The notes beneath the pieces are model-generated. The model was not told where the DNA came from and searched no databases. It saw only the letters and a program-made list of their open reading frames with translations. A program made the translations under genes and the position numbers. Shown here in pieces: positions 28,467-38,630 of a stretch of DNA of 64,000 nucleotides; the first letter of the stretch is position 1, and each line of letters starts with the position of its first letter. Source of the DNA: Octopus sinensis (lineage: Eukaryota); NCBI RefSeq assembly GCF_006345805.1, contig NC_042999.1:125240001-125304000 (forward strand). Reading direction: 5' to 3'.

Positions 28467-28480
28467 CATGCATATATATG
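23545..28480. repeat. ~5 kb (TA)-based low-complexity array with zoned variant units
   Basis: Almost only T/A alternation, interrupted by TG, ACATGT, ATGT and ATGCAT motifs in successive blocks. Confidence 0.97.
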
Positions 28481-28862
28481 TGTGGTAAGTAGCTTGCTTA
28501 CCAACCAAATGGTTCCGGGTTCAGTCCCACTGCGTGGCACCTTGGGCAGGTGTCTTCTAGTATAGCCTCGGGCCGACCAAAGCCTTTTGAGTGGATTTGG
28601 TGAACGGAAACTGAAAGAAGCCCTTCGTATATATGTATATATGTATGTGTGTATATATGTTCGTGTGTCTGTGTTTGTGCACCCAACATCGCTTGACAAC
28701 CGATGCTGGTGTGTTTACGTCCCTGTAACTTAGCAGTTCGGTAAAAGAGACCGATAGAATAAGTACTAGAGTTACAAAGAATAAGTCCTGGGGTCGATTT
28801 GCTCGACTGAAGGCGATGCTCCAGCATGGCCGCAGTCACATGACTGAAACAAGGAAAAGAGT
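28481..28862 (+). mobile_element. SINE family A copy abutting the large array
   Basis: GTGTGGTAAGTAGCTTGCTTACCAACC head (first ~15 nt missing), core and tail. Confidence 0.9.
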
Positions 28863-28876
28863 ATATACACACATAT

Positions 28877-28928
<52 letters not shown>

Positions 28929-29009
28929 ATAGAAGCCATCTTATCTACTGCGATTACTTTACATTATCGAGCGATTACTGTTTCAATCTCATTCTGAGAT
29001 TCAATTATG

Positions 29010-29049
<40 letters not shown>

Positions 29050-29207
29050 TATATATAACACATAATGGGTATTATCTGGTTGTTGATTAGGTGTATTCCT
29101 ACATTTTCTTATTTTGTATATATATATACATACACACACACGCACACACACTCACTCACACACACACACTCACACACACACACTCACACACACACACACA
29201 CACACAC

Positions 29208-29240
<33 letters not shown>

Positions 29241-29242
<2 letters not shown>

Positions 29243-29657
29243 TGGGAGCTGTACTTTTGTGATCAATTCTAACAATTCGCGTAAGAGTCCGACGGTCCCT
29301 ATCTGAAAGTTTGGGTTTTCTTCCGGAGTTTTGCTTCGACGAGGAGGCTTTTTTTCCTCTTTCTCAAAGGCTGTCATTACTTTCGAGACAGTACGTCTTG
29401 ATACACCAATCATTTCGGCTGTTTTCGTTACGCTACCGCCTGCCATACGAGCACCAACAATTTGACCTCTTTGAAAGTCCGATAGATCTGTCATTTTAAT
29501 GATCTTTTCTGATAATATCTGAAAAGAAACAGTAATTTTAGCAACACTAATAATAACTAAAAATTTTAAAAAAACATAAAAATACAAGCTTTTAACGGTT
29601 TTGTAGATATTTCAAAATTATGATGCTTGGTGTTTCCATTATTTTGTCCAACCCCTG
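29241..29657 (-). mobile_element. Tc1-family DNA transposon, left end with transposase N-terminus
   Basis: TA-CAGGGGTTGGACAAAATAATGGAAACACC TIR at 29657; MTDLSDFQRGQIVGARMAGGSVTKTAEMIGVSRRTVSKVMTAFEKE from 29494 (HTH region), then a frameshift to NSGRKPKLSDRDRRTLTRIVRIDHKSTAP. Confidence 0.9.
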
Positions 29658-30134
29658 TATATATATATATCTATATATACATATAGACACACACACATAT
29701 TGCACCTTTTCATAAAGGCCTCATATTTAAATTTCAGATATGCCATGTGAAGTGCCTGTATATGTGTACTCGCGTATCTGTGTTTATATTCGTGTGTGTA
29801 CGTGCGTGTGTGCTAGTGGGGAGTAAGAAAATGCTTTCAATTCTAAATAATGAGCTATATCGATTGAAATCTGTTCGAGAACTCCTTGTAATTTGAACAT
29901 TGCGCCTGCCTCCTATTTCTCTACTCGAAACAATTAGGATACATCAAACACATCTGTGTGTAAATATCAACGGGGTAATTGTATAAATGAACTTTAATGT
30001 AAGCCGACAGGAATCTTCTGAAATAGGTATTCAAGTTTTGACTATCTAAAAAGAAAAACCGATAAGAAGAAACTATTGCTGTGACAAATTTTGCTCTTAG
30101 CATCCTATAAATATTTCGACACCAATCTTCCGTT

Positions 30135-30308
30135 TTCGGTGATGATGATGACGATTTTGTTGAAGTTCTTGTTGTTGTTGTTGGTATTGGTGGTGGTGGT
30201 GGTGGTGGTAGCGGCGGCGGTGGTGGTGGTGGTGGTGGTGGTGGTGGTAGTGGTGGTGGTGGTGGTGGTGGTAGTGGTGGTGGTGGTAGTGGTGGTGGTG
30301 GTGGTGGT
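30135..30308. repeat. (GAT)n/(GTT)n/(GGT)n trinucleotide tract
   Basis: Direct reading; explains the poly-V/H/T ORFs. Confidence 0.95.
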
Positions 30309-30310
30309 AA

Positions 30311-30745
30311 GGCGGTGAGTTGTCAGAATCGTTAGCGCATCTGATAAAATGTTTAGCGACATTTCTTCCGGCTCTGCCTTCTAGGTTCAAATCCCACCCA
30401 GGTCAGCTTTGTCTTTCATTCTTTCGAGGTTTATAACATAAAGTTCCAATCAAGTAATAGGGTTTGGTGTAACCAATTTACCCTCGCCCCTCAAAATTGC
30501 TGGTTTCCTGCCAAAATTAGAATGGATTATGTAAGGAGGCGAGCCGGCAGAATCTTTGCCAAGCCGGATAAAATGCTTAGTGGCATTTCTTCCGGCATTT
30601 CTAAGTTCAAATTCCGCCGAGTTCGGTTTTGCCTTTCATACTTTCAAGAGCGATAAAATGAGTATCAGTTGAGCACTGGGATTGTTGTAATCGACCAGCT
30701 CTCTCCCCACAGATTTCAGGCCCTGTGCCTATAGTAGAAAACATG
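30311..30745 (+). mobile_element. two tandem SINE family B copies
   Basis: AGGCGGTGAG/AGGCGAGCCGGCAGAATC heads at ~30311 and ~30537, with core and tail. Confidence 0.8.
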
Positions 30746-30839
30746 ATTATTATTGTTATTGCTGTTGTTTCTATTGTTTGTGTTATTTCTGTTGTCATTG
30801 TTTCTGATGGCGACGCTCCTACTGCTGTTGTTGCCTGTT

Positions 30840-31199
30840 TGTTGAGTGAAGCGGTCTTCGTCCTCTTGGGAGAAGTCCGAAACGTGGTCCTTTGCTATTC
30901 GTAAGACCCGCAGAAGAGAAAGCAGGTCAACCCCCGACACCGAGAGCATCGACGGATGGATGAATGCGCATCCAGGCTCAGCGGTTGCGTAGGAAGTCGG
31001 GGACAAGAAACAGGAAGAAAGAGTGAGAGAAAGTTGGAGCGAAAGAGTACAACAGGGGTCGCCACCACCCACTGCCGGAGCCTCGTGGAATTTAAGGTGT
31101 TTTCGCTCAATAAACACACACAACACCCAGTCTGGGAATCGAAACCGCGATCCTCCGACCGCGAGTCCGCTGCCCTAACCATTGGGCCATTGCGCCTCC
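30840..31199 (-). mobile_element. tRNA-derived SINE with a family C-like head and a different 3' tail
   Basis: Head TGGAGGCGCAATGGCCCAATGGTTAGGGCAGCGGACTCGCGG; first ~175 nt align with the 5' part of 15648-15929, and the tail is unrelated. Confidence 0.8.
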
Positions 31200-31204
31200 A
31201 GCGT

Positions 31205-32150
31205 AGCTACTGTGGCTGCACTCCCTCGTTGGTGTTCTTGCTATTTATGTAGTTGGATGTTGTTGTGGTGATGTCGGCAGAAGTTGGGTTCTTTCCTCTT
31301 CCCGCCTTTGTTGTGAATATAGTTTGTATCACCGCACCTCAGCAACTATGTACAGTCTTTTACCGCCTGGCAGACTGATCAGGTTCGGGATCAGGTTTCC
31401 ATATTTCTTCATTTGTTTGGATCGACAGCTTCATCCCTTGGCCCGACCAATTTTGTTTCTCCTGCCTCTGAACGTGCAGGATGTTAGCTTTGAACTTTTA
31501 TGTCGAAGAGGACCTCCACCACCAAACATCATTTACTTCTTGTGGGCACATTGACAATCTTTATCCTTACTACCCTAAAGTCAACGTAGATTGGTACCAG
31601 AACCAGTTCGTTAGTCTTTAGTGTTGCTTCCCGGTTTCATCCTCAGTCAAGTATTTTATCTCCGTCGTGCCAATTTCCCCCCTAGCAATAATGCGTTTTG
31701 ATGTCCCAGATTGATCTGAAAGACTTTTTTTTTTGCTGATCTATCACTTGCTCTATTTTCTCTCTCCCTCTCCCCACCTCTCTCTCTCTCTCTCTCGTTT
31801 CTATTGTCTTATATGTTAAATTTGTTTTGTGTCGGGTGGATTCTGGAATGTTTAATTCTGCGTTTCGCTTAGACCTCCTGAGAAGACTTTTAACATTTCT
31901 AATGTTTTGAGACGGTTCTCCTGTCGCACGACGTTTGCTAAACCGGTGACTCGGGATTTGTTAATTGCAGTGTCTTGATTTTCATTTGTGTTGCTCTTTA
32001 GTTTTGGTAGAAATGGTGGTGGTGGTGGTGGTGGGATTTTCAGGTGTGTTGAATCGACAATTGTCCTCTCTCCGTCTTTCATTCTTAATGTCGTCGCCGT
32101 CATCGTCTTCTTGTTTCAATCGGCACTGGTGGTAGCAGTTGTGGTAGTGA
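31205..32150 (-). mobile_element. degraded ORF1-like relic of a Tx1/L1-type non-LTR retrotransposon
   Basis: Broken frames give KTNELVLVPIYVDFRVVRIKIVNVP, ILHVQRQEKQNWSGQGMKLSIQ and IPNLISLPGGKRLYIVAEVR, resembling the ORF1 segment before the zinc knuckle; recognised from memory, multiple stops. Confidence 0.5.
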
Positions 32151-32360
32151 TGCTTTCACGTGTTTTTTCATTTGTACTGTTTTCGTCGATCTTGCTGTAG
32201 TTGACATTCCATTGTTGTTCACACATTTTCTGCTAAAAAAGAGTGCGAAACTAGGTTAACATGAAATGAAAGTAAATTGTCCGAACAAAATGAAAGTAAT
32301 TTGCGATAGAAACTAAAGGTGATAACATTGACATTCCATAATTTCATGTAAATAATATAT

Positions 32361-32773
32361 ATTTCTTTACTGCCCACAAGGGGCTAAACATAGAGGGGAC
32401 AAACAAGGACAGACAAAGGGATTAAGTCGATTACATCGACCCCAGTATGAAACTGGTACTTTATTTATCGACCCCGAAAGGATGAAAGGCAAAGTCGACC
32501 TCAGCGGAATATGAACTCAGAACGTAACTGCAGACTAAATACCTATTTCTTTACTACCCACAAGGGGCTAAACACAGAGAAGACAAACAAGGACAGACAA
32601 ACGGATTAAGTCGATTATATCGATCCCAGTACGTAACTGGTACTTATTTAATCGACCCCGAAAGATGAAAGGTAAAGTCGACCTCGGCGGAATTTGAACT
32701 CAGAACGTAACGGCAGACGAAATACGGCTACGCATTTCGCCCGGCGTGCTAACGTTTCTGCCAGCTCGCCGCC
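32361..32773 (-). mobile_element. SINE family B (X-tail) dimer with 17-bp TSD
   Basis: TCATGTAAATAATATAT at 32344-32360 and 32774-32790; two internal units 184 bp apart. Confidence 0.92.
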
Positions 32774-32849
32774 TCATGTAAATAATATATGTAACATAAC
32801 GAATGTATGGAACATTCATTTAATATAACATGAATACTGTACATATATT

Positions 32850-33130
32850 TTATATAATAAGTCATTGATGCATGAAATAAGGTTCTCGAATAGCTTTTCT
32901 CATCTCTAAATTTGTTTGGCTACACATGCTCATAAAGATATGATGTAAATAAATCATCACTAGTCCCACATTGTCGCCTTAGTTTCTTCTCGGCGAATAT
33001 CCATCACCCTTCTATAGTCTGTGTGTGGATGTTGTCATCATTTGGATCAACAAAATTGAGTGAATGGTTGACTACTTTACAAGTAAAGTTGCCGAGACAT
33101 ACATAAGAAGCACAACTATCAAATATCAAA
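32850..33130 (-). mobile_element. Merlin (IS1595/ISXO2-like DDE) transposase relic
   Basis: LIFDSCASYVCL..VVNHSLNFVDPNDDNIHTQTIEG*W..AEKKLRRQCGTSDDLFTSYLYEHV matches the VNHS.NFVDP...HTQ.IE..W motif; in-frame stops. Confidence 0.85.
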
Positions 33131-35254
33131 CGCGTTTATGAAATTTTGGTATTACATTTCCGTTTTCTATCTCAATTTACTTTAATTTTGTATAGGACAA
33201 TTTAGTTTCAATTTTTTACCATTGCAAACTGCATGTTAACTGGAAATCGGCAATGTATTAGTAGTTTGAACAGCTACCTGCACCCTGGATTTGCGAAGCC
33301 ATGTTAAATAAAAAAAATTAATTAAACTCAGTTTAAAAGCTTCAAAATATCCCCGAGAAGCCGAAAACTTCGTAAAGCCAACTAACCTCGGAGGATGCTG
33401 GTTGGTTCAATAACAAAATTGCACAACAAAAACCAAAATCACTCTCTTTAAAACAACGAAATTCAATAATAGCTTACGAGCTCCTAAACGACGTCTTTCT
33501 TTGCAAACACAACGAATAGGCACAAGGCTTGAAATTTTGAGGAAAGAGTTAGTGCTCAACTGGTGCTTATTTCATCGACCCTGTGCGTCTCTACTTTCTG
33601 GATTCAAATCCTGTCAAGATCTTGCTTTTCAGCTTTCCGCGTTTGATAAACTAAACTCACACATCCAATCCCATTTACTCACCAATATAGATTCGTACAT
33701 GTTTGAAAACATTATTGTCTGTTTGTTCATGTGGACTCATGCACTGAGGTTACGGCATCTGCAAAGATCAGTTGAAGAGAAGTTCATATGGGCATTCATT
33801 TGTAAAGAAGGCGTCATCATACATTATGTCATTGGCAAAGTAGAAATTATGGATAAAACATACACCAAGGATAGAAGTTTAGCACAGGAATATTGTCAGG
33901 TGTAGTCCACTGACTGGATAGTGAAGCCAGTGGTCTGGTGCCCCTTGCATATTGCAGGAGAGTTTAATGGATGGCAAGAGCTATGGTGGTCCGTGGGTTA
34001 TACTGGGCTGCGACGAAGATACATTAAAAAGACCATTGTAGAGCAATTTTAACTGAATTCTGGAAATTTTTGACATGATAGTGCTACAGAGAAACAATTC
34101 CTGTTGATGACAAAATATACAGGTACAACAGTTCGAGTGACAAAATATGTTTGAGAGTCGGTGGAGCAGATGAAACGCTTATAAGGTCTTGTCGGCTGTT
34201 CTTGACTCACCTGCATGGGTCATGTGAAACGAATCCAGTTACCACTGGATTCATAGTGAAATTTCTGCCGCTGCCTTGCTTTGATTAATAAGGTCAAGCT
34301 GTATTTTTGTGCCTGGTGGATATAACAAAAGAGGGATTGCGGTGGGAGAGATCTAAATATTTGAAGTCAAGGAGTGTTTCCCTTTCCAAATAACCCTTAA
34401 ATGTCTTCTTCCAAAATCACTTGAATTAGGTGAGGATGGAGCATGAAGTTCTAACCTCCTGTAAATTTTATGGAAGTTGAAGGGTGTCTGTGGATGGACA
34501 GTTCAGCTCTCAGATTTCTCATTGGAGCTTGCAACAGAGAGAACGCACGTTCCTTTGTGTTAGGGATCATTGTCTACTGCTATGGCCTCACGTATGCAAC
34601 TGTTCCCTATTGCTGGATATTTTTATCATAGCTCATTGCAACAACAATCTTGGTTCCTTTTTTTTTTCCAATGTTATTCTTTTGATTCCCTTGTGGCAAA
34701 TGAAGAAATTATAATAAAATTTACTACTACTATTACTAGAAGTACTATTATTATTAATTCTATTATTATTGATATTGTTTGCCATGAACGGACACCATTA
34801 ACAGAACACCTGGGAAAAAATTGGATTTTAACATATTCACATAACGGAAATGAGGTTTTCGATTTATTTTGCCAACAAACGGCGTCAGGAAATTTGAACA
34901 GCCATTCCATTATCCTGGTTTAAAAAAGTATCCGGTTTTTGACCATTTTTAATGATATTATGTTCAAATGGCCACTTCAGGGAAACGAAGAGAACCACAA
35001 ACGCTATAGCAACGAATACGCCCCCAATAGTTTAAAAGATTTTAAAAAAAGAGAACACCATGAAAAAATTATAGCAATTAAACAAATGCTTCTATGTTGT
35101 GTGAAGGACTTTAAACCTGTGTTTATTGATAATTTTTATTTCGCGACATCAAAACCTATTTTCTTTCTCCTTTCCTTTATAGCATATCATTTGCTGATTG
35201 TAGAGCAGTGTTGTATTTGGTAAGAGCTCTAGATTAGGCAAATTTGTTTCTTTG

Positions 35255-35826
35255 CGTTCTGAAGAGAACATGCCTACTTATCTGTTCCATTAAAAACATC
35301 AAGGAAAACTTTTCCTCTCGAATCAGATGTCACCTTGGATGAAATTTTTTTTTTATCTGATACTAAGATTAATTCATTTGGTCGACATACTGCTCCAGGT
35401 GTTGAATTCATTGCTGGTTGCATGATGAATCTCCTGGCTGAGTGTGTTCGTATTGAAGCTAGCAATCTACATTATTCAAGATTTTTGTCGGCAAATATGT
35501 TCAATTGGGATCAGTACTTGAGTGTGCATGGCAAAAGTTTTTGGCTCTTCTTTGCTTGAATGCATTACATCTGTCATACTGTTCTAGTGTCAAAGTTGCT
35601 GAAGACTGGATGGTGAACAAGCACAGAAAATTGTAGCATAGAAGTTCTCATTTTATTTGTAGACTACTAGACAACAGAAGTCTTCCAAGTTCCCATTCCA
35701 ACCTGCATCGTCTTCTAAGAAGCATCTCCTCTGACAAGTCCGACAGTTGCACAGATATAACAAGCGACAGTTTTGAAGTCCTGGAATGAGGTTGGAACAT
35801 GAATATCGTACAGGAGTTGTCTGAGA
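35255..35826 (-). mobile_element. Helitron RepHel relic (inter-domain region to helicase Walker A)
   Basis: LRQLLYDIHVPTSFQDFKTV, CQRRCFLEDDAGW, YATIFCACSPSSLQQL and SRGKVFLDVFNGTDK correspond to the Helitron PTSF.DLKTV, C...GLLEDD..W, IL..C.PS.P..LW and FFLDAPGGTGK motifs; frameshifts and stops. Confidence 0.78.
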
Positions 35827-36049
35827 TTTAAATAATGTTTTTAAAGTTCGTCATTTAAAAATCATATCTTCAAAATGTTAGTATGCAGTTTCAAATATCA
35901 TAGAAGATAGAAAAAAATTTTTTTTTCATTGTTTCCCCTTGTACATATTGCTATCAAATCTGGTCTACTTAAAATGCTCTATCAGTATCTAACAAAACCC
36001 ACAAGACAAGTTTATTTCACGCAAACTCACACAGTATATATTGGTTTCA

Positions 36050-36315
36050 TATTTTGGCGCAAGGCCAATAATTTTGGCAGAGAGGATAAATCGATTACAA
36101 CTGGTACTTATTTTATCGACCCTGGAAGAAATGCCAATTCTTACACAAGGCCAGCAAGTTCAGGCCGGGAACTAGTCGATTACTTGTTTTACCGACCCCG
36201 AAAGGATGAAAAGCAAAGTCGATCCTGGCGGAATTTGAACTTAGAACATAAAGACAGATGAATTACTGCTAAGCATTTTGCCCGGCGTGCGAACGATTCT
36301 GCCACTTCATTGCCT
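36050..36315 (-). mobile_element. SINE family B copy (rearranged)
   Basis: Reverse complement of head, GACTTTGC.TTTCATCCTTTCGGGGTCG core and tail. Confidence 0.75.
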
Positions 36316-36504
36316 TATTTATATACAGTAAATATTGGAATGCTGTCGTTATTAAAATTCATTATTTAAAAAGTCATAGCTTCGAAAAGTTATTATGCGG
36401 TCTTATACTATAGATTTTTTTAAAATACTTTTTCATTGTTTTATGATTAAAATTATTTAAGCTTCTAAAATACTCAAGCATTGTGCCATGTGAACACAAT
36501 TTTT

Positions 36505-37008
36505 CAGTAGCGGTTCGTTTATAAGCACTGCAGAACTGCAGCACCTCCTATTTACACTCGATATTATCGATAAAATTGAATATAATGAGTCCTTTGTTTT
36601 TAAATTCTTTCTTTATACTTACTTGTACATTATATTATCCTTAAGCTTAATGTCAGTAGCCATCCCCTAGTTTATGAACTGTGCGCTTCATAGTTCCAGC
36701 GACGCGGTGTTTGGCTGTTGTGCGCATGCTCAAATGTCCGAGATGGGAAGCTGCACGCTAGGGAGAGAGAGAGTGCTGTGGTTCACGCAGTTCCGACCCT
36801 GGTGTGCTGGCGAAAGGTAGTGTTTCTTTCTGATTCCGCGTGTGTTGTGCTTAAAAGCGTGTTTATATTCTTGAATGTGATAAAGTGTAGAATTAGATTA
36901 TTATCTTGTTGCTGCCAGGATTTGAAAAGTATTTACGCAATATTAAAACAACGGCTAAAAATTTTCTGAAGCAGCACTCTCACTAATTTTATCTACAAGC
37001 CGCCACTG
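36505..37008. mobile_element. second copy of the hAT-type MITE at 14862-15402
   Basis: Ends CAGTAGCGGTTCGT / ACAAGCCGCCACTG; long internal identity blocks such as ATCCTTAAGCTTAATGTCAGTAGCCATCCCCTAGTTTATGAA; TSD not clear. Confidence 0.85.
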
Positions 37009-37251
37009 ATTTTAAATGTATTCAAACATTATAAAAAATAAGTTTGATTTACAGAGTATAAAACCTAAGTATTTGAGAATTGTAAACCAATGTAACAGGA
37101 AACGACAAGAAAATGTTTTGCTTTTTTTTTTAACTCTGTTGATATTTGAAATCGCGTATTAACTTTTTGAAAATTTGCATTTTAAATCTGGAATTCGAAT
37201 AGCAACTGCGCTCCAAATATATATATATATAATCGATACATTCTCTCTTAG

Positions 37252-37640
37252 AGCGGTGAGTTAGTTAAATTGGTATTGCACCGGACAAAATACTTAGTGG
37301 TATTTCTTCCGACTTTACGTTCTGAGTTCAAATGCTGCTGTGGTCGACTTTGCCTTTCATCCTTACAGGGTCGATTAAATAAGTACCAGTTACGCACTGG
37401 AGTCGATATAATCGACTTAATCCGTTTGTCTGTCCTTGTTTGTCCTCTCTGTGTTTAGCTCCTTGTGGGTAGTAAAGAAATAGGTATTTCTTCCAACTTT
37501 ACGTTCTGAGTTCAAATGCTGCTGTGGTCAACTTGATTTTCATCCTTTCGGAGTCGATGTGATCGACCCGGTTAAGCACTGGGTGTCGATGCAATCGACT
37601 TACTCGAAACTGTGGGCTTCTTGCCAAAATTTGAGGCCAA
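37252..37640 (+). mobile_element. SINE family B composite: X-tail module nested in register in an older copy
   Basis: Segment starting GGTATTTCTTCC at 37299 repeats at 37483 (184 bp); first unit ends in the X tail, second in the ordinary CCAAAATTTGA tail. Confidence 0.88.
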
Positions 37641-37658
37641 TAGGTATACTCCCTTACA

Positions 37659-37720
<62 letters not shown>

Positions 37721-37894
37721 GTATATATGAGAAAGTGTACTTGTGTGTGCGGGAGGGAGCGATTAAAGGAAGATTGAAGGTGAAAGGAGAACAGTGGTGT
37801 GACAAACTGACAGCCTATCTGTACATCACACAAACACTCCAACTCTGTTGCTACTCCATCACTACCCTCTTTTTTTTCCGGCTCAGGCAGCGAT

Positions 37895-38630
37895 CTCAGA
37901 AACGTTAGATCGTTGGAAAAATACCTTATGCTATTTCTTCCGGCTGTACTATGTTCTGATTTGAAACTCAACAGATATCAGCTTCGGCTGTCATCCTTCC
38001 AGGATCGATAAAATAAAGGATCAATCCCTCACTGGATCGAAATAACTGAATTCTCTCTGCTGAAATTGCTGGCTTTGTTCCTACTTTAGAACAACAATAA
38101 TAATTCCAGCTCTTTACATTCTGAGATCAAATCATACCGAGGTCAGTTTTGTTTTTCATACCTCCTGGGTGGATAGAAAAAAGTGCCTATCAAATACAGG
38201 TTTGAAGTAATTGAATCTACTCTCCGAAAATTGCTGTACCGATGTCTAAATTAGAACAAATGTAATTCCGGCTCTTTTCGTTCTGAGTTCAAATCCCAAC
38301 GTGGTCGATTTCGCCTTGTATTTTTGGGAGGTTCGATAAAATAAGGTACGGATCAAGTACGGGTCGATGATACCAACTGATACTCTTTCCCTCAAAATTA
38401 CTGGCCTTATGCCTAAATCAGAAACAATTATTATTGAAAGCGGCGAACTACCAGAATCGTTTGAGCATCAGAATTAATGTATTGTAGCATTTGTTCCAGC
38501 TCTATAAGTCTAAAACCCGCCGAGATCATCTTTGCCATTCATCCTTTCGGGGTCGATAAAATAAAGTAGTAGTCAAGTACTAATCCCTTTCTCCCTTAAA
38601 ACTGCTGGCATTGTGCCTTAACTAGAAGCT
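37895..38630 (+). mobile_element. chain of about four degraded SINE family B copies
   Basis: Repeated TTCTGAGTTCAAA..GAGGTC..CATCCTT..GATAAAATAAG..AAATTGCTGGC blocks in the same orientation. Confidence 0.75.

Noticed and set aside
23843-28492. Many long ORFs (up to 292 aa) rich in Y/I/M/C/V/H
   Set aside because: They are translations of (TA)-based repeats that lack stop codons in some frames; the same applies to 60099-61494
30091-30390. Poly-Val, poly-His and poly-Thr ORFs
   Set aside because: They are a (GGT)n microsatellite read in different frames
34570-35223. Two same-frame ORFs separated by one stop, containing a DNFY motif reminiscent of piggyBac
   Set aside because: No other piggyBac catalytic motifs; begins in low-complexity sequence; a single short motif is insufficient
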